Shown in pieces: positions 27,291-34,469 of a DNA stretch of 64,000 nucleotides. The notes beneath the pieces are model-generated. The model saw nothing but the letters and a program-made list of their open reading frames with translations. It had not been told where the DNA came from and did not search any database. The position numbers and the translations under genes were made by a program. The DNA is from a virus: positions 1-64,000 of the IMG/VR virus record IMGVR_UViG_3300010218_000004; one strand, 5' to 3'. Position 1 is the stretch's first letter. Each line of letters opens with the position of its first letter.

Positions 27291-27983
27291 TCAGGGGCGG
27301 CTGACGTTGCGGGCGATGTTGTCCAGGGAGGCCCGGATCTCGTCGAGGACGGCGATGAGGGCCTGGGTCTCCGCGGACGGGCGCGGCGCCGGCTCCGGCA
27401 TCCGCTTCGGGCCCTGACGGCGGGCGAGGAGGACGTCATACGCCCGGTTGAATCGGTCGTCGGCGAGCTTGAGCCCGGTGAACGCCCCCGACGCGTAGAC
27501 CCGGAAGTCACCGACGAGCAGCACGTGTCCCTCCTCCTCGTCGAAGGAGGCGTGCACGCTGTAGAGGCTGCGCTGCGGGTCGGCGTGCGCCAGCAGGGCG
27601 GGGACGAGGCGGCCGTCGCGCGCGGTGGCCGGCTCGATGGGGGTGATGCCGAGTTCGGCGAGGTGCGTGTTGACGTCCTTCGCGAGGTCGGCGACCCACT
27701 CCGCGCTGTAGCGCTCGGCCTCGGCCTCCCGGGCGGCGTACTTCGCCTCCTCCACGGCGAGCCAGTCCGGGGTGACGTCACCGGTCGCCCAGGAGTCCTC
27801 GACGGCCGCCTCCGACAGCCCGTACTGCGTGGCGTACGAGAGGGCGCGGTCGCGGACGCGGAAGCGGGCCGGGTTCGTCTCCTGCGGGCTGAGCCGCACC
27901 ACGTAGCGGGCGGGCTGCTCCTCCATGACGTCCGCCTCTACGGTGCTCTCCGGCTCGCGAGCGGCGTTGGTGTCGGTGCTCAT
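27291..27983 (-). CDS. Hypothetical protein
   Basis: ORF track entry. Confidence 0.65.
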   Translation of the reverse strand: MSTDTNAAREPESTVEADVMEEQPARYVVRLSPQETNPARFRVRDRALSYATQYGLSEAAVEDSWATGDVTPDWLAVEEAKYAAREAEAERYSAEWVADLAKDVNTHLAELGITPIEPATARDGRLVPALLAHADPQRSLYSVHASFDEEEGHVLLVGDFRVYASGAFTGLKLADDRFNRAYDVLLARRQGPKRMPEPAPRPSAETQALIAVLDEIRASLDNIARNVSRP

Positions 27984-28009
27984 GGTGTTCCCTTCAATCG
28001 GTGGGTGCC

Positions 28010-28038
28010 GCGCCCCGGTAGGTCGAGGACCGGGGCGC
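28010..28038 (-). terminator. Intra-operon hairpin, loop contains GGTCGAG
   Basis: GCGCCCCGGT-AGGTCGAGG-ACCGGGGCGC. Confidence 0.55.
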
Positions 28039-28052
28039 AGCGTGACGGGCGG

Positions 28053-28463
28053 TCAGTGCTGGTCGAAGAGGTGGACGTCGACGGACTCCTCGCCGACGCT
28101 GATGCGGTACGCGAGGTAGTCGTCCGCGGTGTCCGTGTGGACGATGCGGACGGGGAACTCCGCGCCCGCCCAGGTGCGCACCCTCGGGTCGAGGGTGGCG
28201 TCGATGTAGTGCGTGGCGACCCAGGCGGCGGCGTAGTCGTCGAGGGTGCCGGCGTGCATGACGCCGTCGATGAGGAACACGTACCGGGTCGGGGCCTCGC
28301 CGGTGCGGACGGGCTCCCATTCGCCGCCCGGCTCGCGGTACACGGCGGTGAGGTGGGACGCCTCGGCGGCGACCTCCTCGGCCGTCACGCGGTCGGCGGC
28401 GGGCAGGAGCGTGCTGGTCACGGCGAGGGTGGCCCAGTCGCGTTCGGTGTCGGTGGCGAGCAT
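28053..28463 (-). CDS. Hypothetical protein
   Basis: Internal ATG after a GGAGAAAGGA RBS. First gene downstream of P10. Confidence 0.6.
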   Translation of the reverse strand: MLATDTERDWATLAVTSTLLPAADRVTAEEVAAEASHLTAVYREPGGEWEPVRTGEAPTRYVFLIDGVMHAGTLDDYAAAWVATHYIDATLDPRVRTWAGAEFPVRIVHTDTADDYLAYRISVGEESVDVHLFDQH

Positions 28464-28499
28464 GCGGTGTCCTTTCTCCGGCCGCCCCATGCGGTCCGG

Positions 28500-28538
28500 T
28501 GTAGCTACACGCTATGGGGGCGTGTAGCTACGCGTCAA
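28500..28538 (-). promoter_or_regulatory. Promoter cassette P10
   Basis: TGTAGCTACA at 28500-28509 and TGTAGCTACg at 28523-28532. TTGACG-N18-TAGCGT. Confidence 0.65.
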
Positions 28539-28556
28539 GCGGTTGATGAGGATTCG

Positions 28557-28614
28557 TGTACCTACACGGCGACGCACACGATCACTTGCGCATGTAGCTA
28601 CATGGCTGTACGGT
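28557..28614 (+). promoter_or_regulatory. Divergent rightward promoter with the same operator (P11)
   Basis: TGTAcCTACA at 28557-28566 and TGTAGCTACA at 28593-28602, lying inside TTGCGC(28586)-N17-TACGGT(28609). The ATG at 28622 lies 8 nt after the -10, so the mRNA is probably leaderless. Confidence 0.55.
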
Positions 28615-28621
28615 GACCGGC

Positions 28622-28921
28622 ATGATGACCCCCGGATACCTCCCCGAGACCCACACCCCGCCCCGTCAGGTACGCATCGGCGACGAGTGGTACGAGTTGC
28701 AGGCCGCCCTCGAGCTGATGGGAGGCAGCGCCATCGGCGGCGGTTCCGAGCGCGCGGAGAACCTGCGCGACTACATCGCCTGGTTTACGCGCCAGCCCGG
28801 GGCGACCATGCCGAAGCGGCCGCCGGCCGAGATGCGGGACCAGATCGTCAAGCGCGGCGCCGAGTTGAAGGCGGAGGCGGAGGCCAAGGCCAAGGCCCGC
28901 ACCCGGAAGAGGAGCGCGTGA
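28622..28921 (+). CDS. Hypothetical small protein with a Lys/Ala/Glu-rich basic tail
   Basis: ORF 28613..28921. ATG 28622 is preferred because of the promoter geometry. Confidence 0.55.
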   Translation: MMTPGYLPETHTPPRQVRIGDEWYELQAALELMGGSAIGGGSERAENLRDYIAWFTRQPGATMPKRPPAEMRDQIVKRGAELKAEAEAKAKARTRKRSA

Positions 28922-28947
28922 ACGGCGCGCCGTGAAGGGAGTAGCAG

Positions 28948-29124
28948 ATGGCGAAGAACGTCCCGCCGCGGGTGGTGTGTCACCTCTACGGCATGCTCAA
29001 CCACCATCGGCACGCCTACCGTCGTGGCGACCAAGAGGCGCATTGCCCTGGCCGGCACGCGCCGGGCGTGCAGTACGTCAGCACGAAGCGCAAGGCGCAA
29101 GTCGTCCCGGACGGCGGCGAGTAG
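28948..29124 (+). CDS. Hypothetical small His/Cys-rich protein (58 aa)
   Basis: Translated by hand. GGGAG RBS and high GC3, followed by a strong terminator. Confidence 0.45.
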   Translation: MAKNVPPRVVCHLYGMLNHHRHAYRRGDQEAHCPGRHAPGVQYVSTKRKAQVVPDGGE

Positions 29125-29139
29125 CCTCCGCGCACACGT

Positions 29140-29177
29140 AGGGCCCCGACGAGGGAATCGGTCGGGGCCCATCGTTT
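29140..29177. terminator. Rho-independent terminator between convergent genes
   Basis: GGGCCCCGAC / GTCGGGGCCC followed by ATCGTTTTCTC. Confidence 0.75.
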
Positions 29178-29223
29178 TCTCTACGCAGCGTTACGAAAGT
29201 GGTGGAGCTCCACGGGCCGGAGC

Positions 29224-30072
29224 CTACGCTCCGTCACCCGGCCCGATTGAGGGCGCCGTCGCGGAGGCGACAGGGCGGAGGCGGGCGGGACCGCCAGGGT
29301 AGCCCGAACTCGCGGCAGAAGGGGAGGGAACGGACACAGGCCCTCCGGAGTCCTCACGCCACCAGCGCAGACCCTCCGGCTCCGGCCGCCCCTGCTCACC
29401 GTCGACGTCGGCGAGGCCCTGGTCCCATCGCGCGACCGCGTCCGCCGCATGCTCCCGCTGCTCGGTCGTCATGTTCTGCGTGAGCCACCGCCAATTGCCG
29501 TGGAGCCACACCGACCCCCACGCCCCGTCCGCCATCCCAGCCGGGGCGTCCGTGGTGACACCGCCGCTCGCCGGACAGTCGGGCGCGCAATCACATGTCT
29601 CCTCCCACGACGGGCGGCGCGGGCCGGCCGCCCGGGTCGTGCCGCACGGGTGCGGGTCCCCGCACGTGCACCGGCCGGTGGGCAGGCCCCCGCCGTCCAT
29701 GGCCGGTCGGTGCCGCTCGAGGGCGCGGCCGAGGCGCGCGCCCACGTTGATCGCGCGGCGCTTCCAATGCCCCCACCACGCCCGCGCCTTCTCCAGGTCG
29801 CCGCCGAGCGCGTTGATCGAGGTTCGGGCGGCGGCGACGTCACGCGCCCACTCGACCGGGGTGTGCCGGCCCACGTGCTCGGTGACGAGTTCCTCCAGCG
29901 CCCGGAGGCTCTTGGGTGAGGCCGTGTCGGCGGCGGCCGACAGGAAGTCGTCGAGGGAGCGGGGGGCAGCCAGGTGCGGGTCGATGACGCGCATCGTGGC
30001 GGGGCCGGCCGACGCGTAGTCGACGGTCCAGCCGCACGTCGACAGGGGGCAGGTGTAGCGGACGACGGGCAT
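29224..30072 (-). CDS. Hypothetical Cys-containing protein
   Basis: Internal ATG two nt after the upstream stop. Part of ORF 29224..30288. Confidence 0.55.
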   Translation of the reverse strand: MPVVRYTCPLSTCGWTVDYASAGPATMRVIDPHLAAPRSLDDFLSAAADTASPKSLRALEELVTEHVGRHTPVEWARDVAAARTSINALGGDLEKARAWWGHWKRRAINVGARLGRALERHRPAMDGGGLPTGRCTCGDPHPCGTTRAAGPRRPSWEETCDCAPDCPASGGVTTDAPAGMADGAWGSVWLHGNWRWLTQNMTTEQREHAADAVARWDQGLADVDGEQGRPEPEGLRWWREDSGGPVSVPSPSAASSGYPGGPARLRPVASATAPSIGPGDGA

Positions 30073-30074
30073 GG

Positions 30075-30938
30075 TCAGGTCCCCAGCGTGGTCGATGCGG
30101 CGTCCGGTGCGGTGCAGTCGATGCGGGAGCAAGTGACATATCCGCCGTCGCCGAGGAACAGGCTCGCCGAGCCGCACGCCGGGCACTTGCCCTTCACGAG
30201 GGGCAGGCCGGCCGCGAGCGGCGCCGTCGATGCCTGGGGGGTGGGGTGCGCACACGGGCCGCCGGCGCAGGCTCCCGTTCCTCCGCACCCGGTGCAGTCG
30301 GCGGTCTCAGCCTCCGCGGCCAGGCGCAGCAACTCATCCGCCGCCGCCTGCGTGTTGGGGTCGGTGTCCATGCCGCGGACGACCGCGGATGCCTCGCGGA
30401 AGAGGGGCCCGCGGAACGGCTGCCGTGCCCGGTGCTGGTCCGGGGGGACGCCGCAGCCGGCCAGGCGGTGCAGCTCGGTCATGACGTCGAGGGCGCCGGT
30501 GCTCCGCTCGAACTCCTGCTGCTCCCGCAGGCCCTCGGCGACGTTCTCCGCGACCGTCGAGGCGTCGCACAGGATGGCGTCGACGACCGTCCCTGGGATA
30601 CCGGCCTGCGCCTGCTGTTCCCGGAGGACGAGGACGGCGGAGGCGAGCGCGGACTGGTGGACGTCGGAGAAGAACGCTTGCCAGCCGGGACCGATCTGAT
30701 CGCGGACGTGGTTGAGGGTGGCGTAGTAGGCGGCCCACGCCACCCGGAACGCCTCGTCGTCGGCGCCGCGGAGCGCCATGACGGCCTCCACGTGCTCGGG
30801 GCCGGTGAGGCGGATGCACTCACGGCACGTCAGGCCCTTCTCGTGGCCGATGCTTCGGCACGGGCGGGAGCCGTCGGGCAGGGTCTCGTGCTCGTCCTCG
30901 CGGTGCGAGCAGAGGGAGCAGCGGGTGGAGGGGTCCAT
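30075..30938 (-). CDS. Hypothetical protein with N- and C-terminal zinc-ribbon-like motifs
   Basis: The second ATG follows a GGAAAGGG RBS. Contains CSLCSH...CRECI and KCPACGSASLFLGDGGYVTCSRIDC. Confidence 0.6.
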   Translation of the reverse strand: MDPSTRCSLCSHREDEHETLPDGSRPCRSIGHEKGLTCRECIRLTGPEHVEAVMALRGADDEAFRVAWAAYYATLNHVRDQIGPGWQAFFSDVHQSALASAVLVLREQQAQAGIPGTVVDAILCDASTVAENVAEGLREQQEFERSTGALDVMTELHRLAGCGVPPDQHRARQPFRGPLFREASAVVRGMDTDPNTQAAADELLRLAAEAETADCTGCGGTGACAGGPCAHPTPQASTAPLAAGLPLVKGKCPACGSASLFLGDGGYVTCSRIDCTAPDAASTTLGT

Positions 30939-31004
30939 GGTCACCCTTTCCATGGTGCGCAGGGGTACGACAGCGGGCGGGGCCGCCGGCGTGGCGTCTG
31001 GTCG

Positions 31005-31033
31005 TTTACGGGGTGGGGGCCCGCCTGTAGTAT
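31005..31033 (+). promoter_or_regulatory. Sigma-70-like promoter TTTACG-N17-TAGTAT
   Basis: Read directly from the sequence, in the divergent gap upstream of the 31147 gene. Confidence 0.5.
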
Positions 31034-31146
31034 GCCCCCGTTATGGGGGCAAACTCGATAGGATGCCAGGCCGGAAAGGGGGTGAGACCCGATTGATCGG
31101 CACTCTTTCGCTACCGTGGTCCCCGCCACGACGACAGGGAGTAGAT

Positions 31147-31404
31147 GTGCCGCCGGACGATGACGACCCCTACCTCGACACCGCGCAGGTGGGAGAGCGA
31201 ATCGGCGTCACCCCGGCGACTGTCCGCCTGTACCTCAAGCGCACCCGGAAACGGCTCTCCGACGGGTTGAAGGTGCGCCCGCAGGATCTCCCGTTGCCCG
31301 ACGGCCAGTTCCGTCGGTCCCCGGTGTGGCATGAGTCGACGATCACCGCATGGGTCGCGCGCCGTCCCGGCCGCGGGCACCGCGCGCCGGAGGAGCAGCC
31401 GTAA
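31147..31404 (+). CDS. HTH DNA-binding protein (excisionase/MerR-like)
   Basis: YLDTAQVGERIGVTPATVRLYLKR is a helix-turn-helix. GTG start after a GGGAG RBS. Confidence 0.55.
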   Translation: MPPDDDDPYLDTAQVGERIGVTPATVRLYLKRTRKRLSDGLKVRPQDLPLPDGQFRRSPVWHESTITAWVARRPGRGHRAPEEQP

Positions 31405-31441
31405 AACGCAACCGTCTTGACCCTCGGCTTTTTTCGCCCTA

Positions 31442-31468
31442 AGTTTGACCCTGTCACAGGGTCAAACT
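31442..31468. repeat. 27-bp perfect inverted repeat AGTTTGACCCTGT-C-ACAGGGTCAAACT
   Basis: Read directly from the sequence. An extra TTGACCCT half-site lies at 31417-31424. Confidence 0.85.
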
Positions 31469-31489
31469 GATTCTGAGGCGGCCTCACCT

Positions 31490-31574
31490 GGTGTTGGAGC
31501 ACCTCGTGAAGTCGAACGGCCCCGGCCGGTGTTGGAGCACCGACCGGGGCCGGGCCCGACGGTGTTGGAGCACC
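31490..31574 (+). repeat. Three direct iterons GGTGTTGGAGCACC
   Basis: Copies at 31490-31503, 31528-31541 and 31561-31574. The last two extend to GGTGTTGGAGCACCGACCGGG. Confidence 0.85.
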
Positions 31575-31612
31575 GACCGGGCCTGATCACACCACCTGCC
31601 GCAACAGGAGGA

Positions 31613-31813
31613 ATGACCGTGCCCAACGGTACCGGTAAACCCGCGCCCAACCAGATCATGGCCACCCCGGCGACCCCCGCCGCCTGCGCCAACGACCGCG
31701 CCGGACACCTCGAGCGCACCGACAACGGCCGCTCCAACGCGGCGGGTCCGCAGAGCGGCAACGTCTACACCTCGGCGCAGAACGGCATCCCGAGCACCAC
31801 CGGAGGCCGCTGA
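31613..31813 (+). CDS. Hypothetical small protein
   Basis: ATG after an AGGAGGA RBS. The upstream part of ORF 31445..31813 is iteron DNA. Confidence 0.5.
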   Translation: MTVPNGTGKPAPNQIMATPATPAACANDRAGHLERTDNGRSNAAGPQSGNVYTSAQNGIPSTTGGR

Positions 31814-32073
31814 TGGGCGCCTTCGGCAACTTCGTTCGCAGTCTCGTCGGCGGTAACGACCACGAACTCGCCGCCACCCAGTACGCGGGCCGTGAGTCCG
31901 CCTCCGCGGCCGCCGCCCGCAAGACGGCCGAGCGGGAGCAGCGGGCGGCCGAGCGCCGCCGTCAGCAGCACCGTTCCAGCGGCATCCGTGAGGCGTCCCG
32001 GGCCAGCGAGCGGTGGGAGGCCGGCGACCGTCGCAGGCAGCGCACCGGCGCCAGCTGGAACCGCACCGCCTAA
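31813..32073 (+). CDS. Hypothetical highly charged protein
   Basis: TGATG coupling to the preceding gene. ORF track entry. Confidence 0.5.
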   Translation: MGAFGNFVRSLVGGNDHELAATQYAGRESASAAAARKTAEREQRAAERRRQQHRSSGIREASRASERWEAGDRRRQRTGASWNRTA

Positions 32074-32085
32074 CCCCCGCAGACC

Positions 32086-32121
32086 GGCAGCCCCCGCGAA
32101 CCTCCCCCCGCGGGGGCTGCC
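32086..32121 (+). terminator. 13-bp-stem hairpin without a U-tract
   Basis: GGCAGCCCCCGCG / CGCGGGGGCTGCC. Confidence 0.4.
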
Positions 32122-32143
32122 ACGCTTCCAGGAGGAACCTCCC

Positions 32144-33502
32144 ATGCCGACGCCCCCCGCAGGGGTCCCGCTCACCAGCCTGCAACGCAAGGTCATTGGT
32201 GCTGTCGCCGTCGGAGCCGCCGTCATCGCCGCCATCGGCTTCGTAGGCTCCTACGCGGCCGTCCGGAGCCTCGCCGTGGCCAAGGGTTTCGGCGCGTTCG
32301 CCCTGGCCTTCCCGATCGGGCTCGATGCCGGAATCCTCGTACTCCTCGCCCTCGACCTCCTCCTCACGTGGCTGCGCATGCCGCTCGGCATCCTCCGCCA
32401 CACGGCGTGGCTCCTCACCGCCGCCACCATCGCCTTCAACGCGGCCGCCGCCTGGCCCGACCCTGTCGGTACGGGCATGCACGCCGTCATCCCGGTCCTG
32501 TTCGTCGTCGTCATCGAGGCGGCCCGGCACGCGGTCGGGCAGGCCGCGGACATCGTCGCCGGCCGCCGCATGGAGTCGGTGCGCGTCTCCCGCTGGCTCC
32601 TCGACCCGATCTCGACGTTCCGCCTGTGGCGGCGCATGAAGATGTGGGAGCTGCGTTCCTACGACGACGTCATCGCCCTCGAGCAGCAGCGCCTCATCGA
32701 ACGGGCGCGCCTCCGGGCCCGCTTCGGCCCTCGGTGGCGGTCGAAGGCCCCCGTCGACGCCGTCCTCGCGCTGCGCCTCACCCGGTACGGCCGCGCACTC
32801 GACGCCCCGATCGTCAGCGTCCTCGACGCCGCACCCGTCCCGGCCGCATCCGTGCCGGCGGTCGCCGCAAGTTCGCCAGTGGTTCCTTCCAGGCCCGAAG
32901 CGGAACCGGCCATCGTGGTTCCCCGAACGGATGCGCAGCCGTCGCACACGGATGCGCCCGACGACTTCGACACCCGTGCCGCATCCGCAATCGCCGTCAC
33001 CCGGCAGGCAGATGCGCACCTGGACCCGTGGCCGGAGAAGGAGCCGGAGCCGAGTGCGCAACCGGATGCGGATGCGCAGCCGGACGGCGGCGAGTGCGCA
33101 GCCGACACCCCCGACCCCGCCGAGGAGGATGCGCAACCGGATGCACTCGTACTCGACCTCGCACGGATGCGGCCGCCGCATCCCGACGTGTGCGCACCCG
33201 CACCCGGTACAGATGCGCAACCGCCCGCCCGCCGTAGCCGGCGCACGTCGGCGGCCCGGCGGTCCGGGGCCCGTCGCGGCGCCGTGACCGTGCAGCTTGC
33301 CGACGGGGACGCGGCCTACCTCGAAAAGGCCCGCGCGCTGAACGTGCAGTCGCTCCGCGACGACGGCCGCAGGGCCCCGCTCCGGCTGCTCCAGACCGAA
33401 CTCGGTATCGGCCAGGCGCGCGCCCAGCGCATCCAGGCCGCCCTCCCCGACACCCTCGCCGCCGCCCTCGCGGAGGCGCAGCCCCACGCCAAGGAGGCGT
33501 GA
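32144..33502 (+). CDS. DUF2637-like polytopic membrane protein with a long DAQP-repeat linker (plasmid Spd-like)
   Basis: ATG after an AGGAGG RBS. The N-terminal 4 TM segments (SYAAVRSLAVAKGFG..AFPIGLDAGILVLLALDL..) resemble actinobacterial DUF2637/Spd proteins. This family call is from memory. Confidence 0.5.
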   Translation: MPTPPAGVPLTSLQRKVIGAVAVGAAVIAAIGFVGSYAAVRSLAVAKGFGAFALAFPIGLDAGILVLLALDLLLTWLRMPLGILRHTAWLLTAATIAFNAAAAWPDPVGTGMHAVIPVLFVVVIEAARHAVGQAADIVAGRRMESVRVSRWLLDPISTFRLWRRMKMWELRSYDDVIALEQQRLIERARLRARFGPRWRSKAPVDAVLALRLTRYGRALDAPIVSVLDAAPVPAASVPAVAASSPVVPSRPEAEPAIVVPRTDAQPSHTDAPDDFDTRAASAIAVTRQADAHLDPWPEKEPEPSAQPDADAQPDGGECAADTPDPAEEDAQPDALVLDLARMRPPHPDVCAPAPGTDAQPPARRSRRTSAARRSGARRGAVTVQLADGDAAYLEKARALNVQSLRDDGRRAPLRLLQTELGIGQARAQRIQAALPDTLAAALAEAQPHAKEA

Positions 33503-34330
33503 CGTGACCGACCACAAGAACCCGACCACACCCGGCGCCCCCGACGACGATGAGCTGAGCATCCGGGCCATCCTCCGCCTGCGCGGCGTCAACTACGGTG
33601 ACGCGGCACCGCATCCGGACCCGATCGGCACCGCGGCCGCGGCCGCGGTCGCAACCATGCATCCGCATCCGGTCCCCGCGTCGAGTGCGCAACCGGATGC
33701 GGATGCGGATGCGCAGCCGTCCGCCGGCGACTGGTGGGATGCGCTCTACGCGGCCGCCGCAACCGACACCCACGACACGGATGCGCAGTCGAGTGCGCAA
33801 CCGGGTGCGGATGCGCAGCCGTCCGCTACGGAGGAGCCCGTCGAGAAGACGGATGCGGATGCGCAACCGGACCGCACCCGCACCCCCTGGTGGGCCCGCC
33901 GCACTCCGGTACCGGCCCCCGTCGACGACGACGCCGACGAGGACGACGACCCCACCGTCCCCATCGACGACGACGAGGACGACGCCGGCGACGAGGGGAG
34001 TGCGGATGCGCAGCCGCGCCGCACCCCGAGTGCGCATCCGAAGCGCACCCGCATCCGTGCCGGAGGTCGCAAGGGCGGCGGGAACCGCAATCGCGGCCGC
34101 GGACCCGCATCCGGCCCGAACGTGGCCGCCTACGCACCCGCACCCCGGATGTCGCTCCTCGACGCCGTCGCCAACGTCCCCCCGCGCATCCGCTGGTTGA
34201 TCCTCCACGGCAGCGCGGCCGGAGTCGGATACGCACTCGGCTGGGTGCGCTACTCCACCCGCACCGCCGCGTGGATCGCCGACCACGGCCTCCTCACCGT
34301 CAGCGGCATCTTCTGGTGCGGATGCGCAAT
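32929..34330. repeat. Dense field of (G/A)(A/G)TGCGCA(A/G)CC repeats
   Basis: About 18 TGCGCA hexamers in 1.4 kb by my count, spread across two genes. A 19-bp perfect palindrome GGATGCGGCCGCCGCATCC lies at 33165-33183. Confidence 0.8.
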
Positions 34331-34469
34331 CGGCGCCGAGGCCCTCCGCAACCGGTTCAGCACCTACCGCCTCCCCGTCCGCCTCCTCGCGGCCGTCCCT
34401 ATCGCGTCCATCGTCCTCGGCTCCCTCCTCTACGGAACCGGCTGGCAGAACCTGGAGCTTCCCCTGTGA
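33504..34469 (+). CDS. Membrane protein with an acidic DAQP-repeat N-terminal half
   Basis: GTG after an AAGGAGG RBS. The TM segments are C-terminal. Confidence 0.6.
   Translation: MTDHKNPTTPGAPDDDELSIRAILRLRGVNYGDAAPHPDPIGTAAAAAVATMHPHPVPASSAQPDADADAQPSAGDWWDALYAAAATDTHDTDAQSSAQPGADAQPSATEEPVEKTDADAQPDRTRTPWWARRTPVPAPVDDDADEDDDPTVPIDDDEDDAGDEGSADAQPRRTPSAHPKRTRIRAGGRKGGGNRNRGRGPASGPNVAAYAPAPRMSLLDAVANVPPRIRWLILHGSAAGVGYALGWVRYSTRTAAWIADHGLLTVSGIFWCGCAIGAEALRNRFSTYRLPVRLLAAVPIASIVLGSLLYGTGWQNLELPL

Noticed and set aside
17073-28602. Whether the reiterated TGTAGCTACA units form a CRISPR array.
   Set aside because: The repeats are 10-bp palindromes in pairs 22-24 bp apart. The pairs are separated by 0.5-2.4 kb of coding sequence, and there are no regular repeat-spacer units or cas genes.
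31445-31612. The N-terminal part of ORF 31445..31813, which contains the repeated peptide VLEHRPG.
   Set aside because: The peptide repeat is just the translation of the three DNA iterons. A strong AGGAGGA RBS precedes the internal ATG at 31613.
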